A stretch of 58,101 bases of DNA, taken from contig JBIJDH010000033.1 of assembly GCA_044344255.1 (NCBI GenBank), forward strand, positions 1-58,101, read 5' to 3'. Of the stretch, positions 27,972-37,695 are shown one piece after another. Each line of letters opens with the position of its first letter. Within the stretch, counting starts at the first letter, position 1. This stretch comes from Myxococcota bacterium. Lineage in GTDB: Bacteria > Myxococcota_A > UBA796 > UBA2385. The notes beneath the pieces were generated by a model. That model made no database searches. It was not told the origin of the DNA and saw only the letters and a list, made by a program, of their open reading frames with translations. The position numbers were made by a program, and so were the translations under genes.

Positions 27972-29440
27972 TCTGGCTCCTGCTCCTCGCCTGCGCCGGC
28001 GGGAAGCCCGCGGGTGGCGGGGCCTCCGACGGCGGGGGCACCGGGGCGGACGGCGGCGACGGCGGTGACGGCGGCGGAGACACCGGCGAGGCCGATGGCG
28101 GGGCCTGGGCTCGGGTCTCGGGGGCGCCCGCAGACGGGCTCGGCAACGCCGTGGAGGGGGCCGGCGACCTTGACGGGGACGGCGACGCCGACCTGCTGGT
28201 CGCGGCCTACCTCGGCAATCGGGTCTGCGCGCTCTTCGGCCCGCTCCCCGCGGGCGCCTCGGGTCTCGACAGCCTCTCCCCCGCCTGCTTCGTGGGCGAG
28301 TCGGAGCTCGATTATGCGGGCTATGGCATCGCCGCCGCCGGTGACCTCGGCGGAGACGGCTACGCCGACCTGCTCGTGGGCTCGATCGGCAACACCGAGG
28401 GGGGCTCGAACGCGGGCAAGGTCTATCTGATCGCCGGCCCCCTCTCTCCGGGCACCACCTCGCTGGGCGCGGCGGCCTCGGGCAGCTTCCTGGGAGAGAC
28501 CGCCGGGGATTATGCGGGGATCAACATCTCCATCGGCGGTGATCTCAGCGGGGACGGCCTGCCCGACCTGCTCATCGGGGCCTCGGGCTATGACGGCGAG
28601 GGCGGCGGCGGCGGCCGGGCCTATGTCGTCGAGGGGCCCGCCCCGGCCGGTGTGTCGGCCCTCGGCGAGGCCTTCGCCCATGTCACCGGCCTCGGCGGGG
28701 CCGCCCCCGCGCCGGCTCCCCCTCCGCACGGGGCCTTTGGCACCGGCGACTTCGTGGGGGACGCGATGGTCGGCGACCGCGACTATGACGGCGACGGCCT
28801 CGCCGATCTCGCGCTCGGGGCCACCGGCGACACCACCGTCGGCCCGAACGCGGGGGCGCTCGCCGTCTTCTTCGGGCCGCTCGCGGCGGGGGCCTCGCTC
28901 ATCACCGACGCCGACCTCCGCCTCTTCGGAGAGGCCGAGTACAGCTACACCGGCAGCCCCCTCCGCGGCGCGCCCGACCTCGACGGGGACGGCCGCGACG
29001 AGCTCTTCGTCTCCGCGGACACGCTCGGCGCGGGGGTGGTCTATCTCCTGAGCCCGACGCGGGGTCAGACCTCGATCGCCGAGGCGCCGCGCCGCATCGA
29101 AGGAGAGACCGACGGCGACCTCTTCGGCTACTCCCTGTCCAGCCTCGTCGACCTCGACGGAGATGGGGCCCTCGACGTCGCCATCTCCGCGCCGGCCAGC
29201 GACCGGATTGACTTCGAGCGCGGCGCGGTCTGGGTCTTTCGCGGGCCCTTCTCCGAGGGGGTCACGCCCACCTCCGCCGGCGTGGCGCTCGACGGCGGGG
29301 CGAAGGGGGAGAGCTTCGGGAGCGCGGTCGACCTCGCTGCAGACCTCGATGGAGACGGCGCCGCGGAGATCATCGTCGGGGCGCGGAACGGCGACAGCGG
29401 CGGGGGCTTCTCGGGCGGGGTCTATCTCTTCGGCGGCTGA
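27968..29440 (+). CDS. FG-GAP (integrin-alpha-like) repeat lipoprotein; probable CTG start
   Basis: Multiple GDLDGDG.ADLLV and AGKVYL repeats; signal (L)IWLLLLAC begins at a CTG overlapping the upstream TGA. Confidence 0.8.
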   Translation: MIWLLLLACAGGKPAGGGASDGGGTGADGGDGGDGGGDTGEADGGAWARVSGAPADGLGNAVEGAGDLDGDGDADLLVAAYLGNRVCALFGPLPAGASGLDSLSPACFVGESELDYAGYGIAAAGDLGGDGYADLLVGSIGNTEGGSNAGKVYLIAGPLSPGTTSLGAAASGSFLGETAGDYAGINISIGGDLSGDGLPDLLIGASGYDGEGGGGGRAYVVEGPAPAGVSALGEAFAHVTGLGGAAPAPAPPPHGAFGTGDFVGDAMVGDRDYDGDGLADLALGATGDTTVGPNAGALAVFFGPLAAGASLITDADLRLFGEAEYSYTGSPLRGAPDLDGDGRDELFVSADTLGAGVVYLLSPTRGQTSIAEAPRRIEGETDGDLFGYSLSSLVDLDGDGALDVAISAPASDRIDFERGAVWVFRGPFSEGVTPTSAGVALDGGAKGESFGSAVDLAADLDGDGAAEIIVGARNGDSGGGFSGGVYLFGG

Positions 29441-30294
29441 GCCTCCGCCGGGACCTCCGTTGAGGGCGGGGCGTCTGTCGAGTGTACGGGCGGCACCGTG
29501 AAGCCCGCCTTCATTCGGCGCTCGAGGGCGGCCCGCTCTTCGGCGGACAGGGTGACGTGGGTGAGGATCTGGCCCGCCTCGGCCTGCATCGCCTCTTGCG
29601 TCGTCGGCTGGTCGAGCGCCGTGCAGTAGGGGAAGTTGGGGTCGCCGACGAGGAGGTCGGCGAGGAGGTCGGCGCGGAGCTGGCGGAGCTCGGCGGGATA
29701 GAGGTCTCCGTCCAGGATGGCCTGATCGACGAGGCGGAGCAGCTCCTGGTGGACGCCCGTCCCAAGCGGGCTGCAGCCGGCGCCTTCCGAGTGGCGGACC
29801 CGCCAGGCCGGCCAGCCGAGCGGCCAGGCGGCCTGATAGGACCGATGGACCACGTTCAAGAAGGCGTCGTCGGCGGGCTCGGGGCTGCGACCGGCGGGGG
29901 CGAGCCAGCCCATCGCGGTCGGGCGGGTGAGGAGGACGGTGCCCTCGGCCTCGAGGGACAGGCTCATGCCGGGGAGGAGGGCCTCGAGGGCCTCGAGGTC
30001 GGTCGGGCTCCCGTCGGTCTGATCGGCGTCGATGGCGGGCTGGAGCGCCTGGTCGAGGGCCCGGCAGAGGGCGACGGCGTCGCTCAGGGCGGCCTTGAAT
30101 TCGGCGGCGGTGCCGAGCGTGTCCATCCGCAGGGCGAGGGCCTGGAGCTCGGCGGTCCGGGCAGGGCCGTAGGTGGCGGTGAGGAGCTCCCAGGGGGTCG
30201 CCTCGGGCGGTTCAGGGGGTGGAGCGGGCGGCAGGGCCGGCGTGCAGGCGGAGAGGGCCCAGAGGAGCGGGACGGCGGCTGGGGTGCGGCTCAT
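29422..30294 (-). CDS. Hypothetical lipoprotein
   Basis: MSRTPAAVPLLWALSAC lipobox; ATGA overlap with the SRAP gene; host-like codon usage. Confidence 0.7.
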   Translation of the reverse strand: MSRTPAAVPLLWALSACTPALPPAPPPEPPEATPWELLTATYGPARTAELQALALRMDTLGTAAEFKAALSDAVALCRALDQALQPAIDADQTDGSPTDLEALEALLPGMSLSLEAEGTVLLTRPTAMGWLAPAGRSPEPADDAFLNVVHRSYQAAWPLGWPAWRVRHSEGAGCSPLGTGVHQELLRLVDQAILDGDLYPAELRQLRADLLADLLVGDPNFPYCTALDQPTTQEAMQAEAGQILTHVTLSAEERAALERRMKAGFTVPPVHSTDAPPSTEVPAEAQPPKR

Positions 30295-31019
30295 GGGCGG
30301 CCCGCGGCGGCGGGGGCGCCCTGGAGGGCGGCGCGGGACCAGTCGGGGGTGAGGGCGGCGGGGTCGGTGGTCTGCCAGGCGTTCATCGCCGTGCCCACCT
30401 CGGTGGCCTCGAGGGCCTCGTCGGGGGCGGGCCGGAGCATCGCCTGGAGCTCCGGGCCCGAGGTGCGGGGGTCGAGCCACCGATCCCAGTCGGCCCTGGC
30501 CAGCAGGGCCGGCATCCGGTCGTGGACCGGGGTGACGGTGCCATTGGCCGCGGTGGTGAGGATCGAGAGGCAGGCCACCGACCGGCCCTCCCGCTCGAAT
30601 TCCCCCCAGAGGCCGGCGAGGGTGAGGGTGGGCGCGCCGACGGGCCGGAACCAGAGGGGGTAGCGCGCCTTGCCCACCTTCAACCACTCATAGAAGCCGG
30701 TGGTGGGGACGAGGCAGCGGCGAGCGCGGAGGGCGGCGGCCCACGTGGGCTTGCTGGCGGCCTCCTCGGCCTTGGCGTTGATCAGGGGCGGGCCGCGCCA
30801 GGGGTCCTTACCGTCGCGGGCGAGCCAGAGCGCGGGGAAGCCCCAGCGCATCGGGCGGAGGGCGCGGCGGCCCTCGCGCAGGGTCACTACGGGGAGGAGC
30901 TGGGTGGGCGCCACGTTCAAGAGCGGGAGGTCCAGATCGTCGAAGATCGTCCAGGGCTCGAGCTCATAGAGGGAGGCGAGCTCCTCCCAGGTCAGCCTGA
31001 GCTGCGCGCGACCACACAT
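30291..31019 (-). CDS. SOS response-associated peptidase (SRAP/YedK family)
   Basis: MCGR N-terminus, NVAPTQ, MRWG, INAKAE, RCLVP..GFYEW, VHDRMP. Confidence 0.95.
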   Translation of the reverse strand: MCGRAQLRLTWEELASLYELEPWTIFDDLDLPLLNVAPTQLLPVVTLREGRRALRPMRWGFPALWLARDGKDPWRGPPLINAKAEEAASKPTWAAALRARRCLVPTTGFYEWLKVGKARYPLWFRPVGAPTLTLAGLWGEFEREGRSVACLSILTTAANGTVTPVHDRMPALLARADWDRWLDPRTSGPELQAMLRPAPDEALEATEVGTAMNAWQTTDPAALTPDWSRAALQGAPAAAGRP

Positions 31020-31150
31020 GCGGGCTCCCGGGACAGGGGCGAGGGGCCTGTCGCGCCGGTCCTATCTCTCTCCGCCCGCGACGGCCGGGGTGGCGGGGCG
31101 CCCCGGCTGCGGTACACCCTCCGCCGCCCTGCGTCTGGTCGGAGTGCCCG

Positions 31151-32323
31151 ATGGTCCCCGCTCCCCTGTTCCGCCGCTTCTTGTTCGCCGTCGGGTTTTC
31201 CCTGCTGTCGGTCAGCGCGGCGGTCGCTGGAGACGGGTGGACCGCCTTCGGCCATCGACCGAACCGGGAGGACAGCCAGGCCTTCTCCGACTCTCCCCAG
31301 TGGGACGGAGGCGCCTTCGTCAACCCGCAGAAGGTCTACAGCAAGATCATCGGCTCCTTCACGACCTTCCTGCACGCCAGCGCCGACGTGGAGCCCAAGC
31401 TCTCTCTCCCGGTGGAGACCGGGGACGGCTCCCGCTTCCGGGTGCCCCCGGCGACGGGCCTCCGGGTCACCTGGTTTGGCCACTCCTCGATGCTGCTCGA
31501 GATCGACGGCCAGCGCGTGCTCCTCGACCCCGTGTGGGGGGAGCGGGTCTCTCCTTTCACCTGGGCGGGGCCGAAGCGCTGGTTCGCGCCGCCCGTCGCC
31601 CTCGAGCACCTGCCCGCGCTCGACGTGGTCGTGCTCTCTCACGATCATTATGACCACCTCGACCTGCCGACCATCCTCGCCCTCCAGGCCACCGGGGCCC
31701 GCTTCGTGGTGCCGCTCGGGGTGGGCAGCCACCTCCGCTACTGGGGCCTGCCGGCCGACCGCGTCACCGAGCTCGACTGGTGGGAGGAGACGGCGGTGGG
31801 GGCCCTCCGCCTGACCTGCACCCCGGCCCGCCACGCCTCGGGGCGGCTCAACCCCCAGTCGAACCAGACCCTGTGGGCCGGCTGGGCCTTTCGGGGGCCC
31901 GACCACGCGGTGTGGTACTCGGGCGATACGGGGCTCTTCCCGGCGATGCGCGACATCGGCGAGCGCCTCGGGCCCTTTGACCTCACTCTCATCGAGTCGG
32001 GGGCCTACAACCAGGCCTGGCCGGACTGGCACCTCGGGCCCGAGCAGACAGTGCGGGCCCACCAGATGGTGCGGGGGGAGCTCTTGATCCCGGTCCACTG
32101 GGGGCTCTTCAACCTCGCCACCCACGCCTGGACCGAGCCGGCCGAGCGGGTCACGGCCGCCGCGGAGGCCGCCGGCGTGCAGGTGCGCATCCCGCGGCCC
32201 GGCCAGAGCGTCGAGCCCGAGGCCCTCCTCCCCTTCGAGCGCTGGTGGCCGGACGTGCCCTGGCGGCGGGCCGAGGAGGACCCTATCTTCTCCTCCCAGA
32301 TGGACGCCGCCCCTCCGGGCTGA
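31151..32323 (+). CDS. MBL-fold metallohydrolase (RomA/NAPE-PLD-like), exported
   Basis: TWFGHSS, SHDHYDHLD, PARHASGR, SGDTG, PVHWG; signal peptide. Confidence 0.92.
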   Translation: MVPAPLFRRFLFAVGFSLLSVSAAVAGDGWTAFGHRPNREDSQAFSDSPQWDGGAFVNPQKVYSKIIGSFTTFLHASADVEPKLSLPVETGDGSRFRVPPATGLRVTWFGHSSMLLEIDGQRVLLDPVWGERVSPFTWAGPKRWFAPPVALEHLPALDVVVLSHDHYDHLDLPTILALQATGARFVVPLGVGSHLRYWGLPADRVTELDWWEETAVGALRLTCTPARHASGRLNPQSNQTLWAGWAFRGPDHAVWYSGDTGLFPAMRDIGERLGPFDLTLIESGAYNQAWPDWHLGPEQTVRAHQMVRGELLIPVHWGLFNLATHAWTEPAERVTAAAEAAGVQVRIPRPGQSVEPEALLPFERWWPDVPWRRAEEDPIFSSQMDAAPPG

Positions 32324-32348
32324 GCCCCGCCTCGCGGCGGCCGCGGGC

Positions 32349-34355
32349 TCAGGGGCGTGTCAACAGGCTGAGCTCGCTCAATTGGGGGCTCCAGGTCTGT
32401 CCGGCGGGGTTGGACAGGGTCACGCGGAGGAGCTCCGTGCCGGCGGGGAGGCTCGACAGGCGATAGCGGAGCTCGGTCCAGTCGCCGCCGCGGTCGTCGG
32501 GCGCGACGGAGACGTCTGTCCAGGTGAGGCCGTCCACCGAGGCCGCGAGGAGGAGGGTGGGCAGGGCCTCGCTCGGCCAGGCGAAGAGGCGGAGCTCGGC
32601 GGCGGCGATCGTGCCGCCGGGGCGCCAGGTGGCGCTCGTGTCGGCGGCGCTCGTGCGGGTGAGGCGCGCGCTGTCCCCGTCGAAGCGGGCGGCGTTGGAG
32701 CTGTCGATGGTGAGGGCGCTGTCGTGGCTGTCCATGAGAGAGAGGTCGTCGAGGGGGTCGGTGAAGGGGACGCCCATGGGCACCGGCCCATAAGGGGCGG
32801 AGGGCAGGGAGGCGCCGCCCGCCCCGATGGCTCTGAGGCGGTACCAGACCTCGCCGCTCGTCGGGGCGCTGGGGTCTGTCGTCCGGGCCTCATTCGGGGT
32901 CACGGCGTCGTCGAAGCCGGCGGAGACCTCGGTCCACTCGCCGTCGGGGTCGGTGGCCCGATCGAGGGCGTAGGTGCCGGCGCCCGCCGAGCCCTGCCAG
33001 GTGATGTCGCCGTTGAGGTCGATCGAGCGGAGGGTGGGCGGCGGGGGCGGCAGCGCCGCAGGGGCCTCCCCGAGGCGGGCGGCGGCGGCGGTGAGGAGGC
33101 CGAGCACCCCGCGCTCGTCGTAGGCGTCGCCGGAGTCGAAGCCGGGCCAGTGATAGGCGGCGTAGCGGGTAGTGCCGTCGTCGTACTCATCGTGCCAATA
33201 GAAGCCGCCGTCTTCGTCGTGGAAGCGCAGGCTCCAGGCCAGGACCCCGGTGGTGCCGTTGGCGTAGGCCTCGTCGAGGAGGTCGCTCACGCGGTCGGAG
33301 GGGACGAGGCCGAATTCTCCGATGAGCAGGGGGCGTGCGCCGATCGAGAGGGCGCGGTCGTCGGCCGCCGCGGCGGCGTAGTCGGCGCCGTAGCCGGGGG
33401 GCCAGTAGTAATGGTCGGAGACGATGTCGATGTTGTCGTCGTCGAGGTTGTCGACCTCGACCCCGAAGGTGCCGTCGAGCACGAGGTGGTTCGGGTCGGC
33501 GGCCTTGAGGGCGGCGGCGACGGTGGCGGTCCACTCCGGCGGGGCGTAGAGCTCGTTGCCGGTCTCCCAGGCGAGGATGGCGGGGTCTTCGGCGTAGGGC
33601 ACCCCTGTGACCGTGTTCACGCGGGCCGTGACAAGCTCGATGAGGTCCATGAAGTCTGCGATCAGGGTGGGGTCTGTCCAGAAGTCACTCGACGACAGTC
33701 CGCGAAAGGCGGCGTGCTCGGCGATGCCGCCCACCCACCACCACTGGTCGACCAGGGGGATGATCAGGCGGACCCCCTGTCGGTTCGCGGCGGCGAGGGC
33801 GTGGTCCATCGAGACCATCTGCTGCTCGTTCAAGAGGCCCGGCCCCTCGACGTGCCGCGGCACGCCCCCCGAGGCGGCGCCCACGGAGAGGACGTAGGTG
33901 CGCGCCACCTTCCCGCCCATCTGGCGGACGGCGCAGAGGGCGTCCTCCTGCTCCCAGGGGGTGGGGATCTGCCAGCTCGGATCGACGATGCCGAGGAGGT
34001 CCGGCGTGTTGACGGAGACGAAGCGGAGGGGCTCGGCGCCGTCGTAGAGCTCATCGCCCACCCGCGTGATGAAGGTCGAGAGGGGCGGAGCCGGAGAGCA
34101 GGCGTCCAGCGGAGCGGGCGGCTCGCCAGAGTCGCCGGAGTCGCTGGGGAGCGCGGTCTCGTCGTCGGGAGCCGTGTCCCTCGGGGTGTCGCCCTCTCCG
34201 GTCTCGGCGCTGTCGGCGGCGGGGCTGGAGTCGGCGGGGCCAGACTTGCCGCCCCGGTGGGGCTCGGTGGGGGAGCAGCCCACGAGCCCGAAGAGCGCGC
34301 CCGTGAGGCCCCGGAGCGGCGACAACAGAGATCGGCGGGCGGCGTGGGGGCGCAT
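32349..34355 (-). CDS. GH5-family glycoside hydrolase (beta-mannanase-like) lipoprotein
   Basis: LVGC lipobox; AILAWETGNE acid/base, HYY, IGEFG nucleophile; C-terminal beta-rich accessory domains. Confidence 0.85.
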   Translation of the reverse strand: MRPHAARRSLLSPLRGLTGALFGLVGCSPTEPHRGGKSGPADSSPAADSAETGEGDTPRDTAPDDETALPSDSGDSGEPPAPLDACSPAPPLSTFITRVGDELYDGAEPLRFVSVNTPDLLGIVDPSWQIPTPWEQEDALCAVRQMGGKVARTYVLSVGAASGGVPRHVEGPGLLNEQQMVSMDHALAAANRQGVRLIIPLVDQWWWVGGIAEHAAFRGLSSSDFWTDPTLIADFMDLIELVTARVNTVTGVPYAEDPAILAWETGNELYAPPEWTATVAAALKAADPNHLVLDGTFGVEVDNLDDDNIDIVSDHYYWPPGYGADYAAAAADDRALSIGARPLLIGEFGLVPSDRVSDLLDEAYANGTTGVLAWSLRFHDEDGGFYWHDEYDDGTTRYAAYHWPGFDSGDAYDERGVLGLLTAAAARLGEAPAALPPPPPTLRSIDLNGDITWQGSAGAGTYALDRATDPDGEWTEVSAGFDDAVTPNEARTTDPSAPTSGEVWYRLRAIGAGGASLPSAPYGPVPMGVPFTDPLDDLSLMDSHDSALTIDSSNAARFDGDSARLTRTSAADTSATWRPGGTIAAAELRLFAWPSEALPTLLLAASVDGLTWTDVSVAPDDRGGDWTELRYRLSSLPAGTELLRVTLSNPAGQTWSPQLSELSLLTRP

Positions 34356-34428
34356 GGGGGCTCCAGCGGGGCGTCAAGGGCCTAACCGAGCCATAGGGTC
34401 GGGCTGTACGGGCCGTCCGGCGACCCGC

Positions 34429-35499
34429 TCAGCCGTTCTGTTCGATCCAGCGGTCGGCGGCGAGCCACTGCTCGGAGATCCAGGCCTCGGCGGCGACGGG
34501 ATCGCGGGGGATGTCGGCGGCGGGGAAGCGCCAGAAGCGGATCTTGAGCGCCTTGTGGGCGAGCTCTCCCCGGCCCACCTCGGCCCAACCTGCGGCCCCC
34601 TCGAAGCCGACGTGGGTGCAGATCACGAGGTCGAGGTGCGGGTTGCGCTGGAGGAGGGCCAGCGGACCGCCGGGACGGAGCGGGAGGGTGCGGCGGAGCG
34701 CGGTGGCGCGGGCGAGGGCCTCCTCCTGTCCCTTCTCGCGGAGGCGCAGGATCAGGCGCTCCCGCTTCTCGGGGCTGAAGCGGGTGCCCTCGGGGAAGAT
34801 GGTCAGGCACTCGTTCGGACCCATGTCCTCGGCGAGCTTGCAGACCTCCTCGATCTCCTGGGCGGGGTCCAGGGCGCCGCGGCGGACGAAGGCGCAGGGG
34901 AGGCGGCTGCAGACGAGGTCGATGCCGGGATCGAAGAGCAGCTCGCGCTTGAGCACGATGCGCTGGCCGAGGCCGTGGCGCGCCCCGGCGAAGGCGATCG
35001 GCACGACGACGTCGCCGCCGCTCGCGTGGCGGACGAAGAAGAGGAAGGGGCCGCCCCCCGCGAGCGCCTCCTCCCCCTCGACGGTCTGCCGCATCGAGAA
35101 GACCCAGACCGTGCCGCGGAGCATGCGATCGGCCCAGGCCCAGGCGAGGGCGTGGTTGCGGGCCAGCCACCGCTCACGGCCGGCTGCGCTCCAGAGGAGG
35201 GGCAGCGCGGCGATGCCGCCGAGGAAGCCCGCGAGGTCGCAGACCAGGAAGAGGACGAGGAAGCCGAAGGCGCGGGTGGCGGCGAGGCGGCGGGATCGGT
35301 AGCCCTCGCGGAGGAGGTCGATGGTGCGGGTGAGCAGCAGCCACAGCGGCAGCCCGGCCAGGGCGAGGGTGGCGGCGATGAGCAGGAGCGGCCAGGTGAT
35401 CGAGCGCCGGAGCAGGCGTTCAACCGCGGTGCTGTTCGGGCGCAGCGCAGGCCGAGAGAACGTGCGCGGGGACCGAGGCGGGGATGCGGTGGCGTTCAG
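34429..35499 (-). CDS. PlsC-like acyltransferase with N-terminal TM helices; probable CTG start
   Basis: RHASGGD (HX4D) and IFPEGTR. The frame is open from 35538 and encodes TM helices; first ATG is at 35124, while GAGG-N5-CTG lies at 35499. Confidence 0.75.
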   Translation of the reverse strand: MNATASPPRSPRTFSRPALRPNSTAVERLLRRSITWPLLLIAATLALAGLPLWLLLTRTIDLLREGYRSRRLAATRAFGFLVLFLVCDLAGFLGGIAALPLLWSAAGRERWLARNHALAWAWADRMLRGTVWVFSMRQTVEGEEALAGGGPFLFFVRHASGGDVVVPIAFAGARHGLGQRIVLKRELLFDPGIDLVCSRLPCAFVRRGALDPAQEIEEVCKLAEDMGPNECLTIFPEGTRFSPEKRERLILRLREKGQEEALARATALRRTLPLRPGGPLALLQRNPHLDLVICTHVGFEGAAGWAEVGRGELAHKALKIRFWRFPAADIPRDPVAAEAWISEQWLAADRWIEQNG

Positions 35500-35663
35500 G
35501 GGAGCCTCGGTGGTTGTGACACCTACAGTAATTGAGCCTCACAGCGCGCGCCTCCGCGGCGGCGGGCCGTTACGGGGGCGCTCCGGGCCGAGCTCCGCGA
35601 GAGGTCGCGGCGGCAGGTGGCAGCGAGAAGAGGCCGAGGGAAGAGGCTGAGGGAATTCGCATC

Positions 35664-36716
35664 ATGTCCGAGTCGAGACCGCTCCTCACCGCGCACGATG
35701 GCCACGCGGTCATCCGGGCCTCCCGGGCCTTCGCGGTCTCCGATCGGCGGCGCGCCGCCTGGCAGGTGGGCAGCACGCTCGCGGTCTTCGGCGGGCTGCT
35801 CTGGCTGGCGGCCGCGGCGGGCCCGGGGCTGCTCGGGTTGCTGCTCATCCCCTTGGTCGCCGGCCTGATCGTCCGCATCTTCGTGCTTCAGCACGACTGC
35901 GGTCACCGGAGCCTGCTGCCCACGCAGCGGGAGAACTACGTCGTCGGCGGCTTGCTCTCTTTCATCACGACGATCCCCTTCGGCCCCTGGCGGGACGAGC
36001 ACCAGTGGCACCACACCCACCAGGGCCAGCTCAGCCGGCGGGGCGTGGACAGCATGAACAGCCCGATGACGGTGGGGGAGGTGCCGGACCGGCTCGCTGA
36101 GGCCACGGTTCGTGTACAGAAGGTGCGTCCTTACACGGTGTTTCTGCTCGGTGCATACAGCTTGATGGTCCGGCGAAAGCGGATCCAGGGCTTCTTCCCC
36201 TATCGGCCGAATTTCATGGACCGCCCGCCAGACCGCGCGGTGGCGGTGCGCAGCGTGGGGATCACGATCCTCGGGAGCCTGCTGATGCAGGGCGCGCTGG
36301 TGGCTGCCGCCGGCTGGTGGGTGTGGGCGGCGGTCTATCTCCCCGCGCTGGCGGTGGGGGCGGGGATTGGGAGCCTGCTCTTCTGGGTACAGCACAATTT
36401 CGAGCACACTTATTATGAGAAGGATGAACAGTGGAGCGCGGCCAATGTGGCGCTCTTCGGGTCGAGCTACCTCCGTCTGGGTGGCATCCTCGGCTGGGTG
36501 ACCGGTCACATCGGCCTCCACCACGTCCATCACCTGAACCCGCGCATCCCGAACTACGCCCTCGAGCGGGCGCGGGTGGGCATCCCGGCCCTCGCCGCGG
36601 TGCAGCCCCTCGATCGGGAGGCCCTCCGGCGGAGCTTCACCCACCTCTTCTGGGACCCTTCCGTCGGCCGGATGCGGCCCGCGGCCGAGGTCGAGGCGCT
36701 CAGCCCTCCCCGCTGA
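35664..36716 (+). CDS. Membrane fatty acid desaturase
   Basis: His boxes HDCGH, HQWHH and HHVHH; WVQHNFE; RIPNYAL. Confidence 0.92.
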   Translation: MSESRPLLTAHDGHAVIRASRAFAVSDRRRAAWQVGSTLAVFGGLLWLAAAAGPGLLGLLLIPLVAGLIVRIFVLQHDCGHRSLLPTQRENYVVGGLLSFITTIPFGPWRDEHQWHHTHQGQLSRRGVDSMNSPMTVGEVPDRLAEATVRVQKVRPYTVFLLGAYSLMVRRKRIQGFFPYRPNFMDRPPDRAVAVRSVGITILGSLLMQGALVAAAGWWVWAAVYLPALAVGAGIGSLLFWVQHNFEHTYYEKDEQWSAANVALFGSSYLRLGGILGWVTGHIGLHHVHHLNPRIPNYALERARVGIPALAAVQPLDREALRRSFTHLFWDPSVGRMRPAAEVEALSPPR

Positions 36717-37545
36717 GCGGCGGAACGAGGGCTCCGGGGTGGCGCAGCGCGGCGGCGACGAGGCCGCGCACCCGCTCTACCAGCTCGTCAACCCCCTCCC
36801 GGCCGTAGCCCTCGGTGGACACGGGCTCCGAGAGGGTGACCTCGATCGGGCCCTTGTGGAGGCGCCACCGCGCGTGGCCGGGGCCGTGGGAGAAGCGCTC
36901 AAAGGAGCCGTTGATCGTGAAGGGGAGGATGCTCGCCCCGGCGTCGATGGCGAGCAGGAAGCCCCCCTTCTTGAAGGGGCCGAGGCGGCCGTCCTTCGTG
37001 CGCGTGCCCTCGGGCATGATGCCGATGTGGAGGCCCTGTACGAGCCGCTCCCGGGCGAGGGCGATGCCGGCCATGGCCGAGGCGTGGTCTTCCCGGCGAA
37101 TGGGGATGTTGCCCCAGGCTCGAGACAGCCACCCATAGACGGGGATCCGCTGTAGCTCAACCTTCTCGACGGCGATGGGCCGGGTGGGGAAGGCGGCCAG
37201 CATGGCGAAGGGGTCTATCATGCTCTGGTGATTCCCCATCACCACATAGGCGCGGCGCCAGTCGACCCGCTCGGCCCCTCGCAGGATCACCGGCATCCCG
37301 ACGAGGGAGAGGGTGCCGAGGGCGGCCCAGCGCACGAAGCGAAAGCCGCGGTCGGGCGAGAGCGTCGTGAGGAGGATCGCAGGCAGGCCAAAGAGGCCGA
37401 AGGCCGCCCCCCAGGTGAGCCAGACGAACAGAGAGTAGAACAAGGAGCAGAACAAGGAGTAGTAGTGGCGCGGGGCGTCGCGCTGCGGGCCCGGCACGGG
37501 GGCGGGCGGCGGCGGGAGGGGAGGCTCGGGTGGGGTGACCTGCAT
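36700..37545 (-). CDS. 1-acyl-sn-glycerol-3-phosphate acyltransferase (PlsC family)
   Basis: NHQSMID, MPEGTR, FKKGGF. Confidence 0.9.
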   Translation of the reverse strand: MQVTPPEPPLPPPPAPVPGPQRDAPRHYYSLFCSLFYSLFVWLTWGAAFGLFGLPAILLTTLSPDRGFRFVRWAALGTLSLVGMPVILRGAERVDWRRAYVVMGNHQSMIDPFAMLAAFPTRPIAVEKVELQRIPVYGWLSRAWGNIPIRREDHASAMAGIALARERLVQGLHIGIMPEGTRTKDGRLGPFKKGGFLLAIDAGASILPFTINGSFERFSHGPGHARWRLHKGPIEVTLSEPVSTEGYGREGVDELVERVRGLVAAALRHPGALVPPLSGEG

Positions 37546-37695
37546 GGAGGAGGGTCGGGTATCGCAGGGGCGGGCCGCCCACCAGCCGGCCACCCGCCGC
37601 CCTCGGGAGCCCCCCGCGCCGCTCCTGACCGCGACTTCACGCGACCGGCGCTGGGGCTCGGCTAAGCTCAACGCAGCTCTGTTTTGAGGGACCCC

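Noticed and set aside
30291..31019. SRAP gene as a marker of a prophage or mutagenesis cassette
   Set aside because: No phage, imuABC or integrase genes nearby; host-like composition.
37427..37462. 12-bp repeats in plsC
   Set aside because: Small in-frame duplication (YSLF/CSLF) in a TM region; no sign of function.
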